Below are positions 1 through 13,287 of a stretch of DNA of 64,000 nucleotides, one piece after another; positions within the stretch are counted from its first letter, which is position 1, and each line of letters begins with the position of its first letter. Under the pieces are notes generated by a model. It made no database searches, was not told where the DNA came from, and saw nothing but the letters and a program-made list of their open reading frames with translations. Source of the DNA: Paraspadella gotoi (lineage: Eukaryota; Animalia; Chaetognatha); NCBI GenBank assembly GCA_051294375.1, contig CM119266.1:19541657-19605656 (forward strand), read 5' to 3'. The translations under genes and the position numbers were made by a program.

Positions 1-1490
1 GTTTATAACTGTACTGATTCAGTGTATTCATTTGTAAAGTGACAATACGCTTGAGACACTTCTATAAAATCTATTGAAATATGTAGGTGCAAAATTTTAA
101 TTTACAAATCACAAGAATATTAAGAAAATTAATAATAATAATTATTATTATTATTATAATAATTATTCTTTAATCTTTATACTCATAATTCTTATAGAGT
201 AATTATGTTTTCAGGTAAATGTTTTCGACATTCTGTCTTACCTCACCTATTTACCAACCAGACCACTGATATTTGTCATTAAAGTTCGCTAGATAGTTAC
301 TTAACACATTTCTATAACCTTATGATATGCAGAAGGCTTTATATTATACCTATTTCATAAAATTCTACGCAGTTTCTTCGAGCCCAGAATCGGCTGCGCA
401 ATACAACCATATTACATTCATACAAAATCAAATTTTGCACATACGATCCTTATGGGAATACAAATAAAATAAGGGAGGCGAATTGCAATCTTTGACTCCT
501 GAGCTGTGAGTTATGGGCCCGTCGGGGGGGGAGTCGACCATTAGGGCAAAGAAAAACCAAAATATTTTTAGCATTTTTTCGCGTTTTTTCTGAAAAAACT
601 TATTTATTACTACCGATTTCTGGGCTAAAAAACACGGCGTACCATTTTATAATGTAAAGGCTTCTGTAATCCAACTTAAATAAAAAAAGGTTTAATCCAT
701 TTTTGTTTTAATCGGTCAAATATTACAAAGAAACAATTGTTAAAAATGCAATATATTTTAAATAACAAACACGATATAAGAGTTAAACAATATCAGTTGA
801 GCAGTTTTGCGTGACTATTTTAAGATATGAAGATTTTTGATGCAATTTCTCAACTAATAAGAAAATATAAATTGTAATTTTTAATCATTATCATCAGGTT
901 GCGCGCTTTGTTTCTCGCTGTGAATTGGGTTCAGCCCTTATAGTTAACCAGAAACTGTCGAAATAAAGTTTTTCCGAGGCCATTTGCTTTGAGTCGGTTT
1001 CGAGCTTTTTCTTTTTTCAAAATATTCAAACATAATTTTTATTTATTGGGCTTAATATTTTCTATTTTATATATTTTTATAGATTTTTGTTAGTACTTAA
1101 TTAATAGAAAATATTTCAATAGTTGCCTCGGGCTAAGTCAAAGGTTGGGAGAATTGCTTGTGAATTTATTCTGCTGATGATTTATTGTTCTTATTCAAAA
1201 CAAAAAACTGTTTTGCCTTGAAAATTATAGCATTTCAGTTTTAAATACATACAACAGCCTGTTTCTTATTCATAATTTTTAACTTCTCCATTGTAGGACA
1301 GTTATATATAAAGACTTTATTAAAGAGATTGGGTTGCTAGATGCTATGAGAAAATCTTAATTTCTCTTTAATCGTAAGTCGCCTCACTTTCAATAAAAAG
1401 TGGCTTATTTGTTGTTATTTTTGAGCACAACCGAATTTGACTACAGATCGTTTTTCTATTTTTCTAAAACTTGTTGGGTCGCACGAAGTT

Positions 1491-1559
1491 AGGGGTCTGT
1501 TTCACGGTCAAATAAGGGGTCTGTTTCACGGTCAAATTAGGGGTCTGTTTCACGGTCAA
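1491..1559. repeat. Tandem repeat, 24-bp unit x ~3
   Basis: aggggtctgtttcacggtcaaat(a/t) repeated three times. Confidence 0.9.
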
Positions 1560-2107
1560 GAAATACACATTTTGATTTTCATAAAAAACGTTGTTTAGTC
1601 GAGGAGCTATCATATCGCTAACCAACCACGTTCGGTTATAGGTCTATTCCGTCATATGCTTGAGGTTTTTTGAAATTTATATCTCTTTGGACAAAACAGA
1701 AGAAAGGAACTGGTGCGCTCTGATTAAAACTAAGCCAGATCTGAAAAAAATTCAGATCGTTTAGTCAGTAAACAAGAACCGGGAAGTTCAAGATGTTGCG
1801 ACGCAGTGACAGTTCCCAGTTCCCGATGATCACGCGACTACACCTGTACGAAACATGCATAACAAGCATCCTATTTGCAAATCAATATTTAAAACTAAGT
1901 ATTACATTCACTTTTATCATTTTTGCATTTTCTTAGCGAAAAGATAATTTAGCTTAATATTTAGCATATTTTTATCATAATTTAGGACGCCATCTCGAAT
2001 ATTTTTATCTCGCCAGACGTTGAAAACGTTGAAAAACGAGTTAAGCTTTAGAGCAGCTGTCCAGCTTTTTTTTTTCATTCTCATTCATACACGCATGTTT
2101 GTTTTAT

Positions 2108-2364
2108 TTACAATGAATGATTTATCGTGTCAATGAATAATTATTATTGTATTAATAAATAACTTATCGCATCAATAAATGATTTATCGCATCAATGAAT
2201 GACTATCATCGAAGCAATTAATAATTATTATTGCATCAATGAATGATTATCATCATATCAATCATTTGGTTATCATCGCATCAATAATTAATTATTATTA
2301 TATCAATCAATTATTATTATATCAATCATTCAATTACTATTATATAAATCAATTATTATTATAT
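2108..2364. repeat. Degenerate AT-rich tandem repeat (~20-22 bp, atcaat core)
   Basis: Recurrent atcaatgaatgattatcatc / atcaataattattattat. It continues after the 2365-2619 insertion. Confidence 0.7.
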
Positions 2365-2619
2365 TATGGCGGTATATTCACACCGCCTCACGTCCACCGT
2401 CTTTCAGCCAAATCCATTGGCTCAAAGGGGGAACACACCATCCCAAGCGTAGTGTTCCATCCACAGTCTTAACGACTTCCCTCTGCGTTAGCAAAGCGAG
2501 ACCGTCCTAGGGTAACCGCGCCAGTGACTGGAGGCGTCACTGAGGGTCGGAAGCCCCCAAAGCCAACAGTGAGATGCCCCATCCCAATAGGCATCACAGG
2601 CAACCCGGCTGTTGCCATA
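2365..2619. mobile_element. 255-bp structured insertion, solo-LTR-like or MITE-like
   Basis: Ends tatggc...gccata are inverted. It is flanked by ATAT on both sides (2361-2364, 2620-2623) and interrupts a degenerate atcaat-type repeat. It is GC-balanced in AT-rich DNA. Confidence 0.55.
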
Positions 2620-2945
2620 ATATCAATAATCAATAATTTGTTATCGTATCAATCTTTTTTTTATCAATTTTCTTTGATAGTAACGTCTGGCGAGATCACT
2701 ATACTTTTAAGATTTTTAAGAGTTTTAATCATATTCTTGTGCCATCCTTCATACATAGTATGGTGGATTAAAATCCACCAACCGTTCATCAGCGGCCATT
2801 GGTGCAGGAGGCAAGTTCATTCGCCTCCCAACCCAAAGGTCCGGGGTAATAGCCCGGAGGACGCCTAGCAGTTAATAGGGACGGAGAGCTTAACACGCCT
2901 GTAACACGGTGATACAGCCTGATCCGAAGCTCAGGGACTGCTTAT

Positions 2946-3579
2946 TAGGGTGGAGTGATGAAAAGATTGAGTGATTGAACATTATTTTTTTGCTGCTTAT
3001 GGACATATAATTAATGAATTTTAAATCCTTTTAAAAATTGTTTTAGCATAACAGTATAGCAAATTCAATTATTTATGTAGTAATATCCTTATAAAATCGT
3101 CAAATTTCAAAATATTTTTTATTTTTATTTTTAAGAACTGATTTGGATTCGCTGTAAAAAACTAAGAAACTTTTATAAAATATGTTATATGATATTTTAA
3201 TGTTTAGATCACAAAAAATGATTAAAACGTTTTAACATATATAAGTTTTTACTACAGAGAATAAAAAAGTCAGGAATTTTCACCTTTTTTCTTATTTTAA
3301 ACATTGAAGATGACAGAATTTTTGATAACATGTTTTATATTTTTGATTCAACTTTTTTTGAAGAATCTGAATCTTTATTAAAAGTTTTATAAAAATTATT
3401 TTTAAAATTTACTATTTTATAAGGATATTATTACAAATATATTATATTTTACTATTCTGTTCCCGAGATAATATGAACAAAATATTTTTTGTACTAGTTA
3501 ATCATACTATCTCACATCTAAATATTAGATAAATTAGATAAATTCAAATAAATTTTTTGTTCTTGAGTGCTCCACTCTA
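2946..3579. mobile_element. Non-autonomous hAT-superfamily MITE, copy 1 (634 bp)
   Basis: Terminal inverted repeats tagggtggag / ctccactcta. Perfect 8-bp target-site duplication ctgcttat at 2938-2945 and 3580-3587. A near-identical inverted copy lies at 13288-13917. Confidence 0.92.
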
Positions 3580-3894
3580 CTGCTTATATTGAACGGTTCT
3601 GTCACTAACTCATAACAATTATTTCAGTCTATTCAATAGTCTGAAAACTACACAGCGACTTTCAGTTTTTTTAAAAATAAAGCATTCATTAGGATTTTAG
3701 TTTATTTAATTAAACGTTGCAAAGACAAAGTGCTATTTTCATGAGGTGGCCGGCAATGTAATCTGTATAATCACAGAATCCTAAATTTACTGTTAAATAA
3801 ATTGTTAACTTTCTTTTAACCAAGTTAAAATACAGTTAGAATACAAGACCAAATTCATCTTATTAAATGTTTCGATTTTGGATTAAATTAATAA

Positions 3895-6800
3895 TTAAAC
3901 TTCGTTCTGGTCCGCCGACTTTCCGCCAGCAGAATGTAGGGTTTTTCTTGACAATAGATATTCTGTAAAAGTTTGCCCCTCGACGCCGCCACCCGATGAT
4001 GCCCCTATGACGAAACGTGCCACCATCAACCTTTGAAGCACCTATAATATTAAAAATGCTCAATATTTATTTTAAATATAAATACTGTCTTAACGTCTAT
4101 TGCTGTAGTTACTGGTTAGGCTTTTATTTGCACCTAATGACCAAATTCGATAATTAAGTAGCGAAAACACTCAACTTACCTGAAGCGAGTTTAGTTTACA
4201 AAACCCATTAACAGGAAATCTTGTCACGTATCTTTGGTTGGAAGTCCAGCCCGCGTTACGGCCGTCGTTCAACGCGCCTCCGAGCTCAGGGAATACCTCT
4301 TCCATCAGAGATTTTTGCGCCGATAAAGCGACACGTTCCCCTGCTGTGAAAATAAACTTTCGGTAAAGGAGTTATAAAAATGATTGATAAAAGAAAAATA
4401 ACATTGGAGTTTGCTTTCGGGTTGTTATTTAAATAAATTGTTTTTAGAGTATTAAAAAAGGAGATAAAAGACAGTTTGGCGAGTTAATCATTCTGATAGC
4501 ATTTTTTAATTCTTCAAAAAAAAAAATGATTAGAAAAAAATATAAATCTTATTTATAAAATATATCGTTCAGAAGGTTAAATTTTAAAAGAATTCTATGC
4601 TCAAAATTAAAAACGGTACGAGAATTTTGAGAAATTTCTTGTTTAAAAATTATCATTTTGTGAATTTTTTATTAAAATGGAATTCATTACAATTTTACTA
4701 TTTTCAGATCACTCGAGTGAGACACGCAAAAATAAACCAGAAAAATTAATAAATTTTTTTTAATAGAAATTCGGAATATGGAATTCCTCGATCATTTTAA
4801 CTATCAAAGTTTGCCACTTTCGTTATTCAAAAACATAATCGCAGAAGTCTGTGATTTTTATTTTTGCCTTCTTTTATCTTGGAAAAAAAAAAGATGTCTT
4901 GAATCTATTACCAATATCAGGTGAAATGTGAACCGTAACGCATTCGAATTCTGAAGATCGTGTTAACATAGTTGAATCAGTTCCAGGAATGTTAGCAGGA
5001 ATAACGCGTCCTCTAATTTTCATTTGCTGTTGAATTGCAATCATCAAAGGTGGAATATCATAGTACCGTGCCTCTGAAAAATAAATAATAAATAAATTAG
5101 AAATTGTAAAATTCAGGAAATAAATTCACTTAGCTAATTAATAAATGTTTCTTTGCTTATTAATAAATAAATAAAAAAGCGGTTAGGTGATCAAAAAGTC
5201 AATGCGGCATATTTTGAATAATACTAGGTTATTTAAGTAATTTAAGTTATTTAAGTATTAGTTATTGTGCATATGATTTATATTTATATAGCCATATGAT
5301 AATCTGAAAGAAAGTTACTGCTGGGCAACATTTGAACTTGCTGATCCTAATTTTTGTATGCTTAACTGCATACTCAGATTTTGCGTCAAACTAAAAGCAA
5401 AAAAGTAACTAAGTACTAAGGGTATGTCTTCAACCAAAAATCGCGCCACGATTGTCGACCTGAAAATTACTCCCAACTTTATCTGGCGGCTGGAGGCAGA
5501 CTGAGGATTTTTTGTTAACGTAATACCAGAAGCAAAAACAATCATGATTTTTGTATCATTTGACCCCCAAAGGAAATTATAATGTTTAACCGTTAAGTTA
5601 TAAAATTTTTAAAAATTACCTTGGTACAACAGATCCAGTTCCTCAAAATTGTCTGGTAGCACGAGCTGGGTTGTTCTGCAGAAATTCAGTATATAACGAA
5701 ATAGTCTGCCATCTCTGTCTATAAAATAATGATTTTTCATGCTGTCCAAAACGATCGGTATTGTTCCGTTAAACATCTTCCCTAATCGTGATTCTGGAAA
5801 CCTTGTAAATTTTTTAATTTAAATTATTTAAAAATAAGTTTGAGCAAACATTGTCGGGCCTGGTTCGAAAAGTTGGCCAGAATTTAATTTCTTGCTAAAG
5901 TGCAACTATTGGAAGTAACATTAAAAATTATTAGTTGAGCCGTGAGAACTCTATAAGACACATGGCAGATGGGTGTAGGTCGATTGGTCGATCGATAGTT
6001 ATGTCATACTTTTACCCATAACTCCGGTAATACGTAATCATTCTATTTAATTCTCAGTAAAAAAAGATGTACCAAAATTGCTTCTCGTTCATGTGTTCCA
6101 AATTTGTTCAGTCAAGTAAAAACTGAAAATTTGATAGTATATAGTAATTGCCGCATAGTTTATGCGATACATAAAACTAATACTAAGTGTCTGAAGCGTA
6201 CAAATGATCGCGGAGTAAAAATAATTGATAACCTGAAAGAACCACCGGAGAGATAAGTTCATGCGGGCATGAATCATGCCCACATTGAAAATGCCATCTT
6301 GTATTTGTAAATTACAAATAAAGATGATATTGATAGCAAGGTTTTGATTATTTGCTGAAGACCGAGAGACCGACCAAGTGAATTTTCTCGTATACTAAAA
6401 AAAGTAGCTAAATGCCATCTCCCCGATTTACTTGATGAGCGTCTCGAGCGAGGATGTGTACAAAGTCCCACCCACGTCAACGTGGACGGGGGCGTTGGAG
6501 GTTGTCAATGTGGCCGATCGAGGAATCCCAAGAGAGACGGTTGCAGCTGGAATGGGCGCGACGCCAGCCTCTCGCTTCACTGCCACAGATCTGTCGCTGG
6601 CGGAGCTCGGAATAGAAGTCGCAGCTGAGTATGCTTCAAATAAGTAAGTTTAAGTTAAAAATAGACCGGAGTCAGCTAGGTCTATAGAAAATTGATCCCG
6701 AATACCAAAAGATAATTTAATGAAATGGGCACTCTTTGCCAAAAGTGCCCCATTTCTGTTATTAAATCCCTGAATATAATTTTTTTTAATTTTTAATTAT

Positions 6801-7393
6801 AATTTTTATTTTGTTTATCAGTCATATTTCACAATCTTTAACTTTGTCAACCTCTTTCTGTCCTCGTTCTTCTTAATAAATATTATTGTATTCATTATAA
6901 TATTAACATGTATTTTTCATTTCATTAATATTTATTCATTAAATAGGATGGGCGGAGTGATGAAAAGGACTGACTTATAGAGTCGCGTTCTTCACGCTAT
7001 TAAAATTGTATGCGATTTAAAAAAAAGTTTATTTCCGCATAGTATATTTTTTTGCATGTCAATTTTGGTATTTTAACCACCTGTGGATACTTGCATATTA
7101 TCCCGGTAATCTCGTATTGAAAGAGAGAGAGGCAGAGGGGGTGAAGAATTTGAGGACGTATTTCCAACCATTGGACGATTGGGTGGCTGTATAAAAAAAA
7201 AACGAAATTATTCTGTACGCTTCTACAGGACTCGTCTATCTAGACATCCTTCAGGATCTATTCTAAGCACTTGAAAAAAAAAAAAAGATTCTTTAGTTTG
7301 GTATTCAAGCCCGAGGCTCTCTCACTTTTCTCTTTTGCTCACCGATGGGGATGGAGAAGGTCTAGGACGCTTAATGAGAGGAATTTGTATCAT
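3895..7393 (-). CDS. KCTD15: BTB/POZ domain protein of the KCTD1/KCTD15 family (Drosophila Tiwaz-like). Coding exons, complement: 7343-7393, 7081-7186, 6432-6633, 5620-5801, 4912-5073, 4180-4340, 3895-4041 (1011 nt, 336 aa)
   Basis: The spliced translation contains [105 protein letters not shown] and [19 protein letters not shown]...[16 protein letters not shown], collinear with human KCTD1/KCTD15. All introns are GT-AG with compatible phases. An in-frame stop lies upstream of the ATG at 7393. The two N-terminal exons rest on splice signals and phase only. It is likely a co-orthologue of KCTD1 and KCTD15. Confidence 0.93.
5930..6000 (+). mobile_element. Possible Helentron-associated (HINE/DINE-1-like) head fragment in a KCTD intron
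   Basis: ttagttgagccgtgagaactctataag followed by ggtcgattggtcgatcga. A related head occurs reversed at about 6972-7004 (ttatagagtcgcgttcttcacgctattaaaa), and GGTC/GTCT tracts occur at about 9997, 23354 and 42110. Family assignment is by resemblance only. Confidence 0.35.
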
Positions 7394-9393
7394 GCTGGTT
7401 GCCTGGTTGACTTTAATTTTAAAGAATGTCCAATCCTCGGTTAGAGATGTACGGTTTTAATTTTAAAAATGTTATCGCCATTGATATATGACGCTATTGC
7501 TTCGTAGGATTTTTGAAACTTAACTCCAAGCAGATTGCCAAGAAGTGATTGTATGGTTCGCCTTGATTTCTTTTAACTGCGTGAACGAATAGCCTGAAGG
7601 AAAAGGAAGAGATGAAAGAAAAGTAGAAACGCCGGTAGCTCTCCAGTCTTTTTCATTAACCATTAAAAAAGGTACGAACAAATTCTTTCACCCAGCTAAA
7701 TTTTGCTCGATAAATGGCCATTGGATTCAACAAAAGCGCATCTCACGACTGTATTATTATTATTAAGGACGCTTCGCCTTTTCGTTTCTCCTGTATTAAC
7801 GTCGCAGATAACGGTAAAAAAAAAAAAAAAAGGCGCATCGTTGCCGACGCCGCGGGTGGCAATAATGGCGTCAACTCTAGTGGACGCCGTCGGCGAAAAG
7901 CACAATCTCGCATCAAGCATAAATCTCATTTTTGCTCAAGAATTAAGTTCCAAGCATACTTGTACTATACAATATAAAACGGATGTATTAAAAATCACAG
8001 ATGCTAAAAAATCTGTCATCTGATTATTGATGCCTACTTAGTTAAAAATTATATAATAAAATTGGTACAACCGATGAAAAATATATTTAATAAATAAGCT
8101 ATCTTGCTTCCTGAATTTGGCTAAGGCTCCATCCGTAATACTTCTCTCTTAATAGCAAGCTTTCAATCAGTCTTGTTTATTAATTCCCGGAGTACAGTTT
8201 CCATTGTATAAAAGGTCCACTCGTTCATGGATGAAATCGGTACGACCAATATGAAATTATCCATTCATTTAATAAATAAGCTATCTCGCCCCTGATTTTG
8301 GACAGGCTATGGTGCAAGCTTATATTATTTTATATAATACAATGTTAATTTATTTAATTTAATTTATTTAAACCACCAAAGCCTATCCAAAGTCAGGGGC
8401 AAGATAGCTTATTTATTAAATTAATGGATAATTTTTATATTGGTTGTACCAATTTCATAAAAATTATCAATTCATTTAATGAATAAGCTACCTTATCTTA
8501 TGCAGCTTATCCTTTTAATTATAAAAATACGCTATTTTGACATTTAGTTATAACATTAACCGAAAACATTTTCAAGATCGATACCTCGACTGATATTTCT
8601 GATGATTTTAAAATTTCTTTCTGATCATTAACCTAATTCTTTAGGATGGGAGACTTTTAATTGTTACCAGGAAAATCTGGAAATTGGCGGGAAACAAATT
8701 TGATTTGGCGAGTTTGCTCAATGGCCTTAAGGAATTCTCATTTGTGATTATTGCATTATATCCCTTCGCTTCTCGACTCCTCCTACGCAAACTAAAGTTA
8801 CTTTTAGGATCAACTCGTCTTAGAGGCCTTGCAGAATTGCATTAAATTATAATTATTGATTACTTTGAATACAGTGCAGATTTTTTTTTTCTGATGTGGA
8901 AATACAACATCGCAACAAAAATGAAATCAAGAGAAGCCTTCCGGCATTTCGAAGCCGGAGGAAAATGCGTTCGCACATGTTTTATGTTTCTTGCGGCAAT
9001 GCTTATACCAAGTTTCCTCGTTAAAATCATGTAAAAACCCCTCCAGGATATTTATAAAAAATGTGGGAATGGGAGAAAGGCGCCGTTTTTTCCTTTTTTT
9101 TTTTTTAATTTCTTTTTTTCGAAGTTACTTTGGTTTTCAATGTTGACGCGTTCTCTCATTATTGTTTCTCTTGTTACGTAGACTGTTATCAATTGATATC
9201 TCCAAAAAAGTGAAAAGTTATTTCAGCTCTTTTCAAAATTTAAATAGATCCAGTCTCCGACTTTTACAGTTTTATTTTTTAACAATATTTTCAAATTGTC
9301 AATTTGTCACCTTATCATTATTATCGTTAAAAAATATTAAACTTACAAAATTTAGAATATTATTTGTAGATACAGATAGCAAATTCTGCGAGC

Positions 9394-9546
9394 GTGTTCA
9401 GTGTTCACTGTTCAGCATCACTCTTTTGCCCCCGGTTCCTTGCATCGCCCAATGCGGATCCTTTTTCCTGGAGGGCTTGGCCTCAAGGCCGAAAACTCTG
9501 GCGAAAATAAAGGAAGCGTGAAAAGTGAACAGTGAACACTGAACAC
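9394..9546. mobile_element. 153-bp element with perfect 21-bp terminal inverted repeats (small MITE-like)
   Basis: gtgttcagtgttcactgttca (9394-9414) is the exact reverse complement of tgaacagtgaacactgaacac (9526-9546). No TSD seen. Confidence 0.55.
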
Positions 9547-12500
9547 TCCACCAACGCCGCGAGGACTCGCGGAGAAACTATATAAGAGACTTGGGCATCA
9601 GTTGGTTGGTCCGTCATGTTGTCTCTTGCTTCAAATCATCATTAATGAACATAAAAAAAAAAATAGAAAAGTAATAGTTGCTGAAAATCCATCAACATTA
9701 ATAGTTACATTTAAAATTACAATTTTTGGGCGGTTTTTCAATGAAATTTACGGAACAAACTGTTTTTATGACGGGGGTGGGAAAATTTCGTTCTTGACCA
9801 CTGACACTCCTATGAAAAAAACTCCGGGGCAACACGCTCCCTTCTTCAAGGTTATTGCCGCAGGCTTTCAGTCCAAATCGCACTATGGCCTGCGGCGGAC
9901 GAAACCTTTTCTTGCGTCTAAACATCATAAAACGCTCATGGCGTCTGTCTCCAGATTTTTGGTTGCGCCGCAAGTATTCGAGTAGTCTATTTATGATTGG
10001 TCGGTCGGTCTATCTTTTATGAAATTGGTACAACCAATATAAAAATTATCCATTCATTTAATTTTACTTCATTTTATTTTATTCGGGAAATAAGTAAATC
10101 GTTAATTATATCGATCGTGCTTTATATTATTTTTGCATTTATTATTATTATTAATTTTTCATTCATATTACTTTTGTAAATGTTGATAAACGGTTGATTT
10201 ATTTTTATGTTGAATATATATATCTGCATTGTTTTATTAACGTTTTACTTTTAAACATTTTATGAACTCAAAGAGAAAACTATATTTAATTGTCTCGCCG
10301 GGAAAGAAGGCTCCTCGAAGATTCTCCAGAGCGTTTTGGTCAAAAGTCTTACTCACAATTAAGTTTGCAAATAATTATTTTTTTATTGAATCATATCATA
10401 TTTGAAAACTAACCCTAACCAACCACCATTAACTCTAACCACCCCTAAACCATTAAAAAATAATTTAAATAACAATTAAAATAAATTAAAAACAATTACT
10501 TGAACATAAATAATTTTTTTTATTAATCAATAAAGAATATATAAAATTTTTTTCTTAAGACTTTCCTTTGCCAATTAATAAAAAAATATACAAAAAAGTA
10601 CTAATTTTAAATAAAACTTCTGTTACTTTTATATTAAATATATGCAAAAATAATTTGTTTTAATTTGTAGAAAAAATGAAAAAAACGAAAAAATTAAATT
10701 GAATATTTATATTGCTGCACAAACTAAAATTCGATGCTAAAGAGAAAATAAATGTCAGGCAATTAATAAATTACCGATCTGTACCGGTGGTAGCGAAAGT
10801 TGGTTACCCGGTTTTGATATCAATATTCAAAAACTAAAACAGGAAACCGAGTTTTAGAATTCATAGGTGTCTGAATTTATTAGGTAAAGTCCTGATTTCA
10901 TAACAAATTATTTCAGACTGATAATTGTAAGAAAACCTTAAGCAATTTTACGAAATTAAAATAATCATTAATCAACCCTGCTTGATTAAGCTCGTTTCAT
11001 TTTGTTTTCATTTCAGTCATTTTCCACATTCTTAATTAAATTTTGAATTTCGGCTTTATATAAAGTTAAACAAAAACCTTTCTCTTTCCTGTTTGCGACT
11101 AGACTAAAGATGAAATCGAAACATTAGAATATATTTATGAAATTGGTACAACTATATATATTTTAATCCCCACCCGACGATAAGCTTGTGAACTAACATA
11201 AACATGCCTATGATAACCAGAATCAGAAAGTGACGTCTTACCTTGAATAGTTTCGTATGCATGACAATTTTATGTTCACCACGGTTTTATTGTTTTTATT
11301 TTTCCATTTAAAATATATAGTAGTATTTTGTTGGTTTCCTAATTGAAAGTCATTCGAAAAAGCGAAAAATTGGAAGGACGGTTGCGGAGAAAGCTAAGGA
11401 AACGGAGAACAACGAGGAAGAGGCAGGAAGAAGAAGAACAAGAAGAAGAAGAAGAAGAAGAAGAGGAAGATAAAAGAACGAGAAAAGTTACGCACGTTTT
11501 TGTTGGCTTTTAATTTATACTATGCACAATTCTTTTCGTGTACTAAACTAATATGAAACCTGAGATTATTAATCATAATTTATGAAATATAGTGAGCTTG
11601 CTCTCTTCCCTTCATCATCTAATCAATGACCAATGCCTAACGAATAAGTCTTTATGGTTTAGTTAAGAATTACTAGGTCCAACAAGCTTTCATAATACTG
11701 ACAATTTTCAGAATCTAGATTTAAAACTTTCTCGATTCTTCTCATTTTTAGCTATATACGAACATATGTTTTCATTGTATAATTTTAACATATAAATTTT
11801 TTTTTTTCAAATCGAAAAAGCATAAGATTTGCTTTAGCTCTGTATTCGATGGGTTTTATCCCTTTGCTTCATTCAGCGCCTTCAACGGGAGGTACATAGA
11901 GAGAAATTGGAAAAAGTTCCAAAGCCGGGAGCGATCCCCGAGGCCCGAGTCGTGGAACTGAAATGAGGTTTTCTCTCTGTCGACATCAAAATCTCTCTCC
12001 CTCTTGCCCTCTATCCTTCCCCTACCCATTTTTCTATCCAATCTATTCCCTTCCATCCCTCGTATTCAGTTATTCCGCCTAGTAAATATTTAATAAAAAA
12101 AAATGTATTTAAATTTTAATCATTAGTTTATTTTTTATTTAGATCGATGTTTAAAACTGTACCTTGTTTTGAAAGAGTAAAAAGTACGAAGCTCAAGGAG
12201 GCTGGTTTCCCCAGGCAAAGTTTCATCTTTCCCTTCTATTCCGCCTCGGGGCTTCCTCCCATTCCTAATTCAGTTCTCATACGCTCTCTCAGTTTTCTTC
12301 ACTCCCTTCGGAAATTTATGTTTTTTTATTTCCTTTGTCTTTGAACTATTGGCAATAATGAATTATATTTTATATTTATTCATATGCTAAATATCTTAAT
12401 TGTATAAATTATCGGTATTTATCGATGTTTTCGCAAAAGTGGGAGCCAGTTCTGAAGATTATTTTCTTTTATAAATGTTTAAGCGGTTTTTTTTGTGAAT

Positions 12501-13287
12501 CACTTTGGCAATTAACTATTTAACCTATTTATCAGTGTTTATTTTAAATTTTTTAAAGTTTTTTAAGATAAAGAAATAAAGATTTTGTTTTTATTAAAAT
12601 AATAATATTATATATTAATTAATTTATTTTTAAATATTACTATTAAATATCATTTGTAAAACGATAGAACATGCAAATAAAATTTTATCTGTACCTACTA
12701 GATCTTTATTAGTTCTTACTATTATAATTATATGAAATAATAGTTTTTACTTAATTTTTTATTACTTAAAATTACTTTTGAAAAACATTTTAAATTTAAC
12801 CTTTTTCGATAGACCTCACCTTTTTATCTATAATCCTGAATTTGTTTGCACCGTTGTTCATTTCTTTAAAAAAAAATACATAAGTTTATAATGATTTATA
12901 TAAACTTTCAAAACTGCTATTTACCGGTTTAAATCAGTTTAAGCGATTCACAGAAAGTTGACGAAGTCCCTCGTTTTGTTTGACTCTCATCCTCCTGTAG
13001 TCGTCGTCGTCGTCGTCGTCGTCGTCTTAAGCCCTGTGCTTCGGGTTTGGCTCATCGCCTCCGGCCACAACAGCGCCAATGCGGGTGAATACCCTCCGGC
13101 CAAAAGCTTGCCATGAAGATGAGGAAGAAGATGAGACTTTAAACAACGTTGAAGCTGAATGAATCGATTCTGATTTTATTTATTGTTTCACTAACAGAAT
13201 TCCCAGTTTAAATCTAAGGCACTTTTGAAAAAAAGAACATGCTTTTTTTTGTTTAATCAGGTACAAAACAATATGAAAATTATCCAT

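Noticed and set aside
488-1145. Possible element bounded by ctttgact / agtcaaag inverted ends
   Set aside because: Only about 8-11 bp of imperfect match, with no TSD and no second copy in the window.
2781-2792. Minus-strand ctgatga hammerhead core word in a structured island
   Set aside because: No downstream GAAA at a compatible position.
11230-11490. Possible non-coding first exon of the KCTD gene (minus-strand donor aag|gtaag near 11241, acceptor near 7594)
   Set aside because: Plausible, but supported only by splice-like motifs. It needs transcript data.
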